Origin: Chrysomallon squamiferum
Lineage: Eukaryota > Animalia > Mollusca
Direction: 5' to 3'
DNA length: 64,000 bases
NCBI GenBank assembly: GCA_012295275.1
Contig: CM022675.1
Span: 3,968,001 to 4,032,000, forward strand
The position numbers and the translations under genes are program-made. How positions within the stretch are numbered: position 1 is the stretch's first letter; each line of letters starts with the position of its first letter. The notes below the pieces were generated by a model. It did not search any database, was not told where the DNA came from, and saw only the letters and a program-made list of their open reading frames with translations. Positions 40,765 to 53,039 of the stretch are shown here, one piece after another.

Positions 40765-43700
40765 ATGGGTAATAGTTTTCTAATTTTTCTAATTCTGATT
40801 ATGATCTTGTCTATAAATGTAAACGGACTGAGAGATATTGAGAAATTAAATTCAGTTTTTGCAACATTTAAAAGTAAACATGCAAATATTATTTTTCTAC
40901 AGGAAACATTTTGGGATAATGACTTCATTGAGAGATATAAACATTTATGGGAAGGAAATATATTTTATAATAATTGTCCAAATAAAAAAAGAAGGGGTGT
41001 AGCAATACTGGTATCAAAAGAATGTCCTTATAAGTTTACATTTAATGGTTGCGACACTGAAGGCAGGATTTTAAAAATTAATACGAAAATAGATGAAGAA
41101 GAATACAGTTTTATAAATGTATATGCACCAAATAATATTGAAGAAAGTTTTTTTTTTTTTTTTTTAAAGGATTATGTAAATTTGTGGATTTAAAAAATGC
41201 AATAATGGCAGGAGATTGTAATGAAATTTTAGATCCTAACTTAGATTTAGGCATTAATAATAAAACTTTCAATATGAAAAGTAGTAATGAATTACAGTCA
41301 GTTATTTTTAATTATAATTTAGTTGATATTTGGCGACACAGAAATCCAGATAAAAGGCAATTTACTTGACCTCAAATAGTTGAAAAAAACTATAAAACAG
41401 TCAAGAATTGATTTATTCTTAATTTCTAGAAATTTATTACAGTTTATAAGTAATGCATATATATCCTATACCTCGGTTAGTGATCACACTTTTTTATCAC
41501 TTAAAATAGATTTTTCTCATGTAGAGAGAGGTCAAGGTATTTGGATCTTTAATAATGAATTGTTGAAAGATGAAAGTTTTTGTAAAGCTATTATTGAAGT
41601 TACTAATAATGCTTCTGAGTGTCCTTTGTTACAAACTGAACCTAGTGTTTGGTGGGACAACTTAAAATATAAAATGAAAACATGTGCAAGAAATTTTGCG
41701 ATAAAAAAGAGAAAATCAGATAACGAAAAATATTATAATATACAAAATGCTTTGAAAAGAGAATATGCTAAACTAGCTGTAAATAATCATCATGATTTGA
41801 GTAACATACAAATTTTAGAAGAAAAATTAAAATTAATTGAGAGATCTAAATGTAATGGTGCTATTTTAAGATCTAAAGCTCATTGGAATCTAGATATGGA
41901 TAGAAATACCACGTTTTTTCTCAGTTTAGAAAAATCAAAACAAGAATCAAATTCTATTAAAGAGCTATAAACAGTAAATGGATTAACAAGAAAAACGGAA
42001 GATATATTACAATATGCTTATGATTTTTTATTCAAAATTATTTACACAAGAAAATGTAGATATTATTAAACAAGAAGAAATAATAAATTACAATTGAAGA
42101 ATTAACTGAAGCTTTAAAAGAAATGAATAGAAATAAATCACCTGGTTTGGATGGTCTAACAGTAGAATTTTATGTTAAATTCTGGGAACATTTTAAAAAT
42201 TTCTTTCATAAAGTAGTTATGTCAATTCAGAAAGAAGAAATGTTGTCACGCAGTATGAAAAAAGGAGTAATTAGTTTATTTTACAAGAAAAAAGGAGATA
42301 AAGCAGACCTAAACAATTTCAGACCTATCAGCCTTTTAAATGTAGATTATAAAATTATTGCTAAAGTTCTTGCAAATCGTCTTAAACAAGTAATGTCAAC
42401 TATTATTTCATCAGAACAAACCTGTTGTGTAAAAGGAAGAGATATTGCTGACAATATTATGTCAGTAAGAGATATTATAGATATTGTCGAGTTAAATAAT
42501 ACAGAAGGGTATATAGTTAAAATAGATCAAGAGAAAGCTTTCGATAGAGTATCACATAGTTTTATTTTAAAAGTTTTGAAAAAATTCAATTTTGGTGATA
42601 ATTTTATAAAGTGGATTAAAATACTATATAATAATATAAAAGGTTGTGTAAAAATTAATGGACATTTAACACCTTTTTTCAATATTACAAGAGGGGTTAG
42701 ACAAGGATGTCCAATATCAATGATGCTTTATGTTATTGTATCTGAACCCTTAAATAATTTAATTAAAAAAAGACATAGCATGAATGGAATTAGAATAACA
42801 AATGAACTTAATTCTTTATTATTTCAGCATGCAGATGATACTACAGTAACTGTCTGCGATGCTCAGTCAGTAGAAAATGTTTTTAATACAATAAATATGT
42901 ATTGTAGTGCTACAGGGGCAAAAGTCAATGTAGATAAGTCAGAAGTACTTTATCTTGGTAAAACCATGATTGAAAACGAATCTTTTAACATTCCAATATC
43001 AATAAATAAAAACTATGTTAAAATTCTAGGTATATATTTAGGACGAAATAAACCATTATGTGAAAGATTGAACTGGAAAAATAAATTAGCTAAAATGTCT
43101 AATCTAATTAACTTATGGAGTCAAAGGAAACTTACTTTGCACGGAAAAGCTGAAGTATGGAATACTTTATTAACATCTAGACTGTGGTATATCATTAGCA
43201 CAATAAATGTACCAAATTGGGTAGAAAATGAAATTCATAAATTATTTTGTAAATTTATGTGGGAAGGAAAAACGCATTTAATAAAATATTCAACAATAAT
43301 TGGAAATAAAATGTCGGGTGGACTAAATATTCAAGATATTTCATTAAAGAAAATGGCTTTTCGAATAAAAATGTTAAAGAAATATTTTGATAATAATTTT
43401 AAAAATGTGTGGAAATATACAATGTCAATATTTCTTGAAAAATATATGAATATGAATCTAAATTATGACATTTTTAAAATAGTATACAGTAAAGAAGCTT
43501 TAAAAGTTATCAATCCTTTTTATGCTGAAATGTTATCAGCTTGGGACTATGTTAATAATGGAGAACGTAATTTCCCACTTGATACAGACGAAATATTGTC
43601 TCAGCCACTTTTTCAAAATCCATTCATTAAATATAAAAACAAATTATTACCATTTAGTTCTTTTATAAAAAGTGGAATAGTCAAAGTGGCTGATATTGCT

Positions 43701-44602
43701 TATGAAGTAATATCAGGTTTTCTTCCTTTTACAGCTATTGTAGAAATTATTCATGGAAAATCTCCAGAATTATCCAAAAACCAAATTCATATAGCTTACA
43801 ATGTTATTAAGAAGTCACTTCCAGATGAAGGGAAAAGTTCTATTAATAGAAATGCTAAAAGATTAACATCTAATAAAGATTTATTTTTGTTTCAGAATAA
43901 TGAAATGATAAATGTCAGCAAATTTACAGTTAAAATAATTTATTCTATTTTAATGTAAAAAAACTTTAAAGCACCAACTTGTGAAGACAAATGGAATGAG
44001 CTTGGTTTTAATATATTCTGGAGACCAGTTTCGAAATGGATACACTATAGTGATAAATTTACTGAATTTATAGACTTAGATTTTAGAATAGTTCATCATA
44101 TAATATATACATATAACAAATTATATAAATATGGCAAAATCTCATCTAGTGTATGTCCAGTGTGTTTGAAGGATGATGAAGATTTGTGCATTTATTTTTG
44201 TATTGTGAAGAATTGAAGGAATTAATATCAATCTTTCATGAAATATGTATTTATATATTTAAGAAAACAGGGTTTTCTCTAGAACAATTAAAAAGATTAT
44301 TAATATTTGGATGTTATCTCAAAATTGAAAATAGTACAATAGAATTTATTAATATTATTCTTTCAATTTATAGAATAACAGTGTTCAAAAGGCGTGTAAT
44401 AGCTCAAATAAAAGGAACAAATATCAATATAATACATTTCTTTAGAAATTATATGTATCAGTGCTTTAAAATCATTCTAAATCAATATCGTATTCAAAAC
44501 AAACTTTCAATTTTTATTAACAAATATGTTAAGAACAATATTTTCCTAGAACTAAAAGATGACATACTTATTTTCAAATATCCTTTGGAAAGCTACAAAT
44601 AA
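40765..44602 (+). pseudogene. Retrotransposon ORF2 (APE endonuclease - reverse transcriptase - CCHC), disrupted
   Basis: EN motifs SINVNGL, IFLQET, NVYAPN, GDCN, SRID, SDH; RT motifs KSPGLDG, FRPISLLNVDYK, IDQEKAFDRV, GVRQGCP, QHADD, LGI; terminal CPVC...HLFLYC. Several stops and frameshifts are present. Confidence 0.93.
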
Positions 44603-44820
44603 TCAATATAGATAAATCATGGAAATGGATAAAAGAATTAATACTATAAAATACTGTAAATATATATGAATATTCCGAATAAATAAGAATGCATGCATGT
44701 GTGTGTGACTGAGTGTGACTGAATGTGTGAGAGGAAACAGTTTTTATTATTGTTATTTACAGTTTTAATGTTATTTTAATTGTGTACAACTGGTGATTAT
44801 ACTAATAAAGATAAAAAAAA

Positions 44821-44871
44821 AGCGTCGTGCTAATAACGCGAATGTCGTGGGTTCGATCCCCACATGGGCCA
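44821..44871 (+). pseudogene. 3' part (nt 24-74) of the interrupted tRNA-Ile(AAT), copy 1
   Basis: AGCGTCGTGCTAATAACGCG...CATGGGCCA directly follows the element's A tail. Confidence 0.95.
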
Positions 44872-45124
44872 ACGAAGTTTTATTTTTTTATTTTTTTGTT
44901 GTTGTTCTTTATAATTTTATTTATTTACTAGTTTTTACTTTTCTTACTATTATTATTTTATTTACAGTGAATCTGTGTAACTTCTGTCAATAGTATAACT
45001 GTTACTAAACATTCTGATATAAACAATAATTTATTATATTTTAATAAAGGGCTATCCAATTGAAAAAGCTAAATGTCTGGGTTTTGTTATAAATATTTCA
45101 GTTCACTCGACACCAGCCAAATAA

Positions 45125-45586
45125 CAACTGAGTAATAACGGAAGAAAAAATAAAAATAAAATTAAAAAAATGTTGAACATTTTTCCTGATTAATTGCTGA
45201 TGATGATAGACAACAACAACGACAACCACGGCAATATGATACAGCTTTCTGAAATGATATTTTCTTCTTGGCCATAATAATTATAATCAGATTTAAGACT
45301 GCTGTTATTCCTAATGTAGACAAGGCCTGTTAGCTCAGTTGGTTAGAGTGTCGTGCAACTGAGTAATAACGGAAGAAAAAATAAAAATAAAATTAAAAAA
45401 ATGTTGAACATTTTTCCTGATTAATTGCTGATGATGATAGACAACAACAACGACAACCACGGCAATATGATACAGCTTTCTGAAATGATATTTTCTTCTT
45501 GGCCATAATAATTATAATCAGATTTAAGACTGCTGTTATTTCTAATGTAAACAAGGCCTGTTAGCTCAGTTGGTTAGAGTGTCGTG
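45125..45586 (+). repeat. 231-bp local tandem duplication
   Basis: CAACTGAGTAATAACGGAAG starts at 45125 and 45356; tRNA starts fall at 45324 and 45555. Confidence 0.93.
45324..45356 (+). pseudogene. Truncated tRNA-Ile (nt 1-33)
   Basis: GGCCTGTTAGCTCAGTTGGTTAGAGTGTCGTGC, then a jump into spacer sequence. Confidence 0.9.
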
Positions 45587-45628
45587 CTAATAACGCGAAT
45601 GTCGTGGGTTCGATCCCCACATAAGCCA
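45555..45628 (+). tRNA. tRNA-Ile(AAT), possibly defective (acceptor-stem mismatch)
   Basis: Full length, but it ends CATAAGCCA, which gives a C-A mismatch at acceptor pair 4. Confidence 0.75.
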
Positions 45629-45837
45629 ATTATTATTTTCATTATGTATCATTTTTGTATTGTTTACATTTTCTCATTTATTATTAGTAGCAGTAGTAGA
45701 AGTAGGAGTAGTTGTTCTTGTTGATGTTGTAATATCATAACCATTGATATAATAATAATAATAATAATAATAAATATTAGTAATAATAATAATAATTAGT
45801 AGTAGTAGTAGTAGTAGTAGTAGAAGTAGAAGTAGTA

Positions 45838-45912
<75 letters not shown>

Positions 45913-46724
45913 TTGCTCTTCTTGTTGTGAAACAATAGAAACATACTAAATATAATTTTTGTGAAATCAATAAGTGAAATGATATCAAGAAAAATGTCAG
46001 AAACGGATTTAGGGGCTGCTGTTACCAGCTTCACGTCCTCACCTACACAGGGGATATTAAAAGCGCAATCCTCTATTAACATTATTATTAAATTTTGACG
46101 TTTATGTTAAAAAAAAAAAATTGCAAGATTCGCCCTTGTTTAATAAGAATAATTTTTATTAATGAGTTAGAGAAAATACTTTCTTGGTTTTGATTATTTT
46201 AAGTAACAGAAAATTAACTATGCAGACGATGCAGTAACAAATCTATTATAATTATTGTTCCCTGTACTTAACAGCAGCGATACATTGAATGACTTGTAAA
46301 GAAAAACATGTTTTATCTCATAGCAAACATTTGTCTCTTTCTTCCTTTTTCTGCAAACTAATTCATCACAAACACAATATTTCATAATTTCGATATTTTA
46401 TTTATCTCACTGTCTTCTCGTCCTAATCGTTTTTCTTAGTGGATCAAGGTAGATAACTCATGGAAACAAATCTATTATTAGGTAAGAGTAATTACCCTTC
46501 ATTCGGTACATATTATTGTAGTCACGTTGTTAACAGTTACTGACATTTATACAGGCAGAAACGATCTTTCCGGGTTATATTATTAAACTTAGTGAGCTTT
46601 TAAGAGAACATTTCATTATAATTATTTGATTATATCGCTGCATGATTATTTCAGTTTATTTCGCTAGCAGTGGTTAAATATGGCAAGTATAACACACCTT
46701 ATTTCGAATCTGCAACTGTCGTCC

Positions 46725-46753
46725 GGCCTGTTAGCTCAGTTGGTTAGAGCGTC
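46725..46753 (+). pseudogene. 5' part (nt 1-29) of tRNA-Ile(AAT) interrupted by retrotransposon copy 2
   Basis: Same junction as copy 1: ...GGTTAGAGCGTC|TTACGAAGG. Confidence 0.95.
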
Positions 46754-47396
46754 TTACGAAGGAATAAAATATTTTCGAGTTTTACATGACAATCAAATAA
46801 AAGTCTGTTACAACTGTATGGCGGATAATCATTTGTTGAAAGACTGTCCAAATATAAGGTGTCATAACTGTAAACAAAAAGGACATTTTGCTAGAAACTG
46901 CCCGAACATATTTCGGTGTGAAAAGTGTGGAAACAAAGAGGATGAATGTGAGTGTTGGACAGAGTATGACAGCGACGAACAAAAAAACAGCGACAGTGAC
47001 AGTGATGGTATGGAATATACTACAGATAATGTAAAATCAAAGGAGAAAAAAGAAAGTGAAGCACAAAGTATCCAGAGGATAAATACAACAGAAATGAAAA
47101 TCAAAAAGGAAAAACAAAAATCGGAAAATGGAGAAAAACCAAGAAAATCCCCTGATAAAAACACCACAGTGAAAATTACTAACAAGGAAGCTGGAACCAT
47201 CGAAGCAGAAAATAGTAAGCAGAGTAAAACAAAGCGTTGAACGAGATTGATCAAGCGTCCGTCAGAAGAAAAACTGTGGAGCTTGGTAGAAAATAGAAAA
47301 CAAAAAAAGAGACAAGCAGCGCACATGAAAAGTGTGAGAGAAAGTGTTGACAGGGTGATCAACGAGTATGGTGGGGGGAATATAGACAAGATATAG
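46754..47396 (+). pseudogene. Retrotransposon ORF1 remnant, copy 2
   Basis: Two CCHC knuckles; a premature TGA at 47238-47240 where copy 1 has CGA. Confidence 0.9.
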
Positions 47397-47408
47397 AACA
47401 TTTTAAGA

Positions 47409-50400
47409 ATGGGTAATAGTTTTCTAATTTTTCTAATTCTAATTATGATGTTGTCTATAAATGTAAACGGACTGAGAGATATTGAGAAATTAAATTCAGT
47501 TTTTGCAACTATTAAAAGTAAACATGCAAATATTATTTTTCTACAGGAAACATTTTGGGATAATGACTTCATTGAGAGATATAAACATTTATGGGAAGGA
47601 AATATATTTTATAATAATTGTCCAAATAAAAAAAGTAGGGGTGTAGCAATACTGGTATCAAACTGAAGGCAGGATTTTAAAAATTAATACGAAAATAGAT
47701 GAAGAAGAATACAGTTTTATAAATGTATATGCACCAAATAATATTGAAGAAAGAATTTTATTTTTTAAAGGATTATGTAAATTTGTGGATTTAAAAAATA
47801 CAATAATGGCAGGAGATTTTAATGAAATTTTAGATCCTAATTTAGATTTAGGCATTAATAATAAAACTTTCAATATTAAAAAGTAGTAATGAATTACAGT
47901 CAGTTATTTTTAATTATAATTTAGTTGATATTTGGCGACACAGAAATCCAGATAAAAGGCAATTTACTAGATCTCAAATAGTTGAAAAAACTATAAAACA
48001 GTCAAGAATTGATTTATTCTTAATTTCTAGAAATTTATTGCAGTTTATAAGTAATGTATACATATCCTATACCTCGGTTAGTGATCACAATTTTTTATCA
48101 CTTAAAATAGATTTTTCTCATGTAGAGAGAGGTCAAGGTATTTGGATCTTTAATAATGAATTGTTGAAAGATGAAAGTTTTTGTAAAGCTATTTTTGAAG
48201 TTATTAATAATGTTTCTGAGTGTCCTTTGTTACAGACTGAACCTAGTGTTTGGTGGGACAACTTAAAATATAAAATGAAAACATGTGCAAGAAATTTTGC
48301 GATAAAAAAGAGAAAATCAGATAACGAAAAATATTATAATATACAAAATGCTTTGAAAAGAGAATATGCTAAACTAGCTGTAAATAATCATCATGATTTG
48401 AGTAACATACAAATTTTAGAAGAAAAATTAAAATTAATTGAGAGATCTAAATGTAATGGTGCTATTTTAAGATCTAAAGCTCATTGGAATCTAGATATGG
48501 ATAGAAATACCACGTTTTTTCTCAGTTTAGAAAAATCAAAACAAGAATCAAATTCTATTAAAGAGCGATAATCAGTAAATGGATTAACAAGAAAAACGGA
48601 AGATATATTACAATATGCTTATGACTTTTATTCAAAATTATTTACACAAGAAAATGTAGATATTATTAAACAGGAAGAAATAATAAATTACAAATGAAGA
48701 ATTAACTGAAGCTTTAAAAGAAATGAATAGAAATAAATCACCTGGTTTGGATGGTCTAACAGTAGAATTTTATGTTAAATTCTAGGAAAATTTTAAAAAT
48801 TTCTTGCATAAAGTAGTTATGTCAATTCAGAAAGAAGAAATGTTGTCACGTAGTATGAAAAAAGGAGTAATTAGTTTATTTTACAAGAAAAAAGGAGATA
48901 AAGCAGACCTAAAACATTTCAGACCTATCAGCCTTTTAAATGTAGATTATAAAATTATTGCTAAAGTTCTTGCAGATCGTCTTAAACAAGTAATGTCAAC
49001 TATTATTTCATCAGAACAAACCTGTTGTGTAAAAGGAAGAGATATTGCTGACAATATTATGTCAGTAAGAGATATTATAGATATTGTCGAGTTAAATAAT
49101 ACAGAAGGGTATATAGTTAAAATAGATCAAGAGAAAGCTTTCGATAGAGTATCACATAGTTTTATTTTAAAAGTTTTGAAAAAATTCAATTTTGGTGATA
49201 ATTTTATAAAGTGGATTAAAATACTATATAATAATATAAAAAGTTGTGTAAAAATTAATGGACATTTAACACCTTTTTTCAATATTACAATGAATGGAAT
49301 TAGAATAACAAATGAACTTAATTCTTTATTATTTCAGCATGCAGATGATACTACAGTAACTGTCTGTGATGCTCACTCAGTAGAAAATGTTTTTAATACA
49401 ATAAATGTGTATTGTAGTGCTACAGGGGCAAAAGTCAATGTAGATAAGTCAGAAGTACTTTATCTTGGTAAAACCATGATTGAAAACTTATCTTTTAACA
49501 TTCCAATATTAATAAATAAAAACTATGTTAAAATTCTAGGTATATATTTAGGACCAAATAAACCATTATGTGAAAGATTGAACTGAAAAAATAAATTAGC
49601 TAAAATGTCTAATCTAATTAACTTATGGAGTCAAAGGAAACTTACTTTGCACGGAAAAGCTGAAGTAAGGAATACTTTATTAACATCTAGACTGTGGTAT
49701 ATCATTAGCACAATAAATGTACCAAATTGGGTAGAAAATGAAATTCATAAATTATTTTGTAAATTTATGTGGGAAGGAAAAACGCATTTAATAAAATATT
49801 CAACAATAATTGGAAATAAAATGTCGGGTGGACTAAATATTCAAGATATTTCATTAAAGAAAATGACTTTTCGAATAAAAATGTTAAAGAAATATTTTGA
49901 TAATAATTTTAAAAATGTGTGGAAATATACAATGTCAATATTTCTTGAAAAATATATGAATATGAATCTAAATTATGACATTTTTAAAATAGTATACAGT
50001 AAAGAAGCTTTAAAAGTTATCAATCCTTTTTATGCTGAAATGTTATCAGCTTGGGACTATGTTAATAATGGAGAACGTAATTTCCCACTTGATACAGACG
50101 AAATATTGTCTCAGCCANTTTTCTTTTTCAAAATCCATTCATTAAATATAAAAACAAATTATTATTATTTAGTTCTTTTATAAAAAGTGGAATAGTCAAA
50201 GTGGCTGATATTGCTTATGAAGTAATATCAGGTTTTCTTCCTTTTACAGCTATTGTAGAAATTATTCTTGAAAAATCTCCAGAATTATCCAAAAACCAAA
50301 TTTATATACTTACAATGTTATTAAGAAATCACTTCCAGATGAAGGGAAAAGTTCTATTAACAGAAATGCTAAAAAATTAACATCTAATAAAGATTTAATT

Positions 50401-51117
50401 TTGTTTCAGAATAATGAAATGATAAATGTCAGTAAATTTACAGTTAAAATAATTTATTCTATTTTAATTTAAAAAAACTTTAAAGCACCAACTTGTGAAG
50501 AAAAATGGAATGAGCTTGGTTTTAATATATTCTGGATACCAGTTTGGAAATGGATACACTATAGTGATAAATTTACTGAATTTATAGACTTAGATTTTAG
50601 AATAGTTCATCATATAATATATACATATAACAAATTATATAAATATGGCAAAATCTCATCTAGTGTATGTCCAGTGTGTTTGAAGGATGATGAAGATTTG
50701 TGCCATTTATTTTTGTATTGTGAAGAATTGAAGGAATTAATATCAATCTTTCATGAAATATGTATTTATATATTTAAGAAAACAGGGTTTTCTCTAGAAC
50801 AATTAAAAAGATTATTACTATTTGGATGTTATCTCAAAATTGAAAATAGTACAATAGAATTTATTAATATTATTCTTTCAATTTATAGAATATCAGTGTT
50901 CAAAAGGCGTGTAATAGCTCAAATGAAAGGAACAAATATCAATATAATACATTTTTTTAGAAATTATGTGTATCAGTGCTTTAAAATCATTCTAAATCAA
51001 TATCGTATTCAAAACAAACTTTCAATTTTTATTAACAAATATGTTAAGAACAATATTTTCCTAAAACTAAAAGATGACATACTTATTTTCAAATATCCTT
51101 TGGAAAGCTACAAATAA
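47409..51117 (+). pseudogene. Retrotransposon ORF2 remnant, copy 2
   Basis: Same EN/RT/CCHC motifs as copy 1 but lacking the RGVRQGCP segment; multiple stops. Confidence 0.92.
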
Positions 51118-51324
51118 TCAATATAGATATATCATGGAAATGGATAAAAGAATTAATACTATAAACTACTGTAAATATATATGAATATTCCGAATAAATA
51201 AGTATGCGTGCATGTGAGTGTGACTGAGTGTGTGAGAGGAAACAGATTTTATTATTGTTATTTACAGTTTTAATGTTATTTTAATTGTGTACAACTGGTG
51301 ATTATACTAATAAAGATAAAAAAA

Positions 51325-51377
51325 AGAGCGTCGTGCTAATAACGCGAATGTCGTGGGTTCGATCCCCACATGGGCCA
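51325..51377 (+). pseudogene. 3' part (nt 22-74) of the interrupted tRNA-Ile(AAT), copy 2
   Basis: AGAGCGTCGTGCTAATAAC...CATGGGCCA follows the A tail. Confidence 0.95.
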
Positions 51378-51825
51378 ACGAAGTTTTTTTTTTTTTGTTG
51401 TTGTTGTTCTTTATAATTTTATTTATTTACTAGTTTTTACTTTTCTTACTATTATTATTTTATTTACAGTGAATCTGTGTAACTTCTGTCAATAGTATAA
51501 CTGTTACTAAACATTCTGATATAAACAATAATTTGTTATATTTTAATAAAGGGTTATCCAATTGAAAAAGCTAAATGTCTGGGTTTTGTTATAAATATTT
51601 CAGTTCACTCGACACCAGCCAAATAACAACTGAGTAATAACGGAAGAAAAAATAAAAATAAAATTAAAAAAATGTTGAAATTTTTTCCTGATTAATTGCT
51701 GATGATGATAGACAACAACAACGACAACCACGGCAATATGATACAGCATTCTGAAATGATATTTTCTTCTTGGCTATAATAATTATAATCAGATTTAAGA
51801 CTGCTGTTATTTCTAATGCAAACAA

Positions 51826-51899
51826 GGCCTGTTAGCTCAGTTGGTTAGAGTGTCGTGCTAATAACGCGAATGTCGTGGGTTCGATCCCCACATAGGCCA
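51826..51899 (+). tRNA. tRNA-Ile(AAT), G-U D-stem variant
   Basis: Full 74-nt copy, same variant as 38904. Confidence 0.9.
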
Positions 51900-52078
51900 A
51901 TTATTATTTTCATTATGTATCATTTTTGTATTGTTTACATTTTCCCATTTATTATTAGTAGCAGTAGTAGAAGTAGGAGTAGTTGTTCTTGTTGATGTTG
52001 TTATACCATCAACATTGATATAATAATAATAATAATAATAAATAATAGTAATAATAATAATTAGTAGTAGTAGTAGTA

Positions 52079-52147
<69 letters not shown>

Positions 52148-52965
52148 TTGCTCTTCTTGTTGTGAAACAATAGAAACATACTAAATATAATTTTTGTGAA
52201 ATCAGTAAGTGAAATGATATCAAGAAAAATGCCAGAAACGGATTTAGGGGGTGCTTGTTACCAGCTTCACGTCCTCACCTACACAGGGGATATTAAAAGC
52301 GCAATCCTCTATTAACATTATTATTAAATTTTAACGTTTTTGTTAAAAAACAATTGCAAGATTCGCCCTTGTTTAATAAGAATAATGATTAAATTAAATT
52401 AATAAATGAGTTAGAGAAAATACTTTCTTGGTTTTGATTATTTGAAGTAACAGAAAATTAACTATGCAGACGATGCAGTAACAAATCTATTATAATTATT
52501 GTTCCCTGTACTTAACAGCAGCGATACATTGAATGACTTGTAAAGAAAAACATGTTTTATCTCATAGCAAACATTTGTCTCTTTCTTCCTTTTTCTGCAA
52601 ACTAATTCATCACAAACACAATATTTCATAATTTCGATATTTTATTTATCTCACTATCTTGTCGTCCTAATCGTTTTTCTTAGTGGATCAAGGTAGATAA
52701 CTCATTGAAACAAATCTATTATTAGGTAAGAGTAATTACCCTTCATTCGGAACATTTTGTAGTCACGTTGTTAACAGTTACTGACATTTATACAGGCAGA
52801 AACGATCTTTCCGGATTATATTATTAAACTTGGTGAGCTTTTAAGAGAACATTTCATTATAATTATTTGATTATATCGCTGCATAATTAATTCAATGTAT
52901 TTCGCTAGCAGTGGTTAAATATGGCAAGTATAACACACCTTATTTCGAATCAGCAATCGTCGTTG

Positions 52966-53039
52966 GGCCTGTTAGCTCAGTTGGTTAGAGCGTCGTGCTA
53001 ATAACGCGAATGTCGTGGGTTCGATCCCCACATGGGCCA
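52966..53039 (+). tRNA. tRNA-Ile(AAT), uninterrupted paralog of the insertion target
   Basis: Full consensus copy preceded by the same ~1.1 kb spacer as the interrupted genes, with a T-run terminator. Confidence 0.95.

Larger units (their letters stand above)
40108..44820 (+). mobile_element. Tx1/L1-clade non-LTR retrotransposon, 5'-truncated, copy 1
   Basis: ORF1 C-terminus with CCHC knuckles; ORF2 with APE endonuclease, RT and C-terminal zinc motif; 3' UTR with AATAAA (44804-44809) and a short A tail; flanked by a duplicated AGCGTC. Confidence 0.95.
46754..51324 (+). mobile_element. Tx1/L1-clade non-LTR retrotransposon, 5'-truncated, copy 2
   Basis: Near-identical to copy 1, with a 38-bp deletion near 47661 and a 90-bp deletion at 49290/49291. 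It ends in AATAAAGAT(A)n followed by the TSD (A)GAGCGTC. Confidence 0.95.

Noticed and set aside
40245-47572. Antisense ORFs of 227 and 236 aa over the ORF1/ORF2 junction
   Set aside because: They are shadows of A-rich sense coding sequence with no domain features.
40108-51324. Two independent insertions proving target specificity
   Set aside because: The identical 5' truncation, shared lesions and shared flanks show one insertion followed by duplication.
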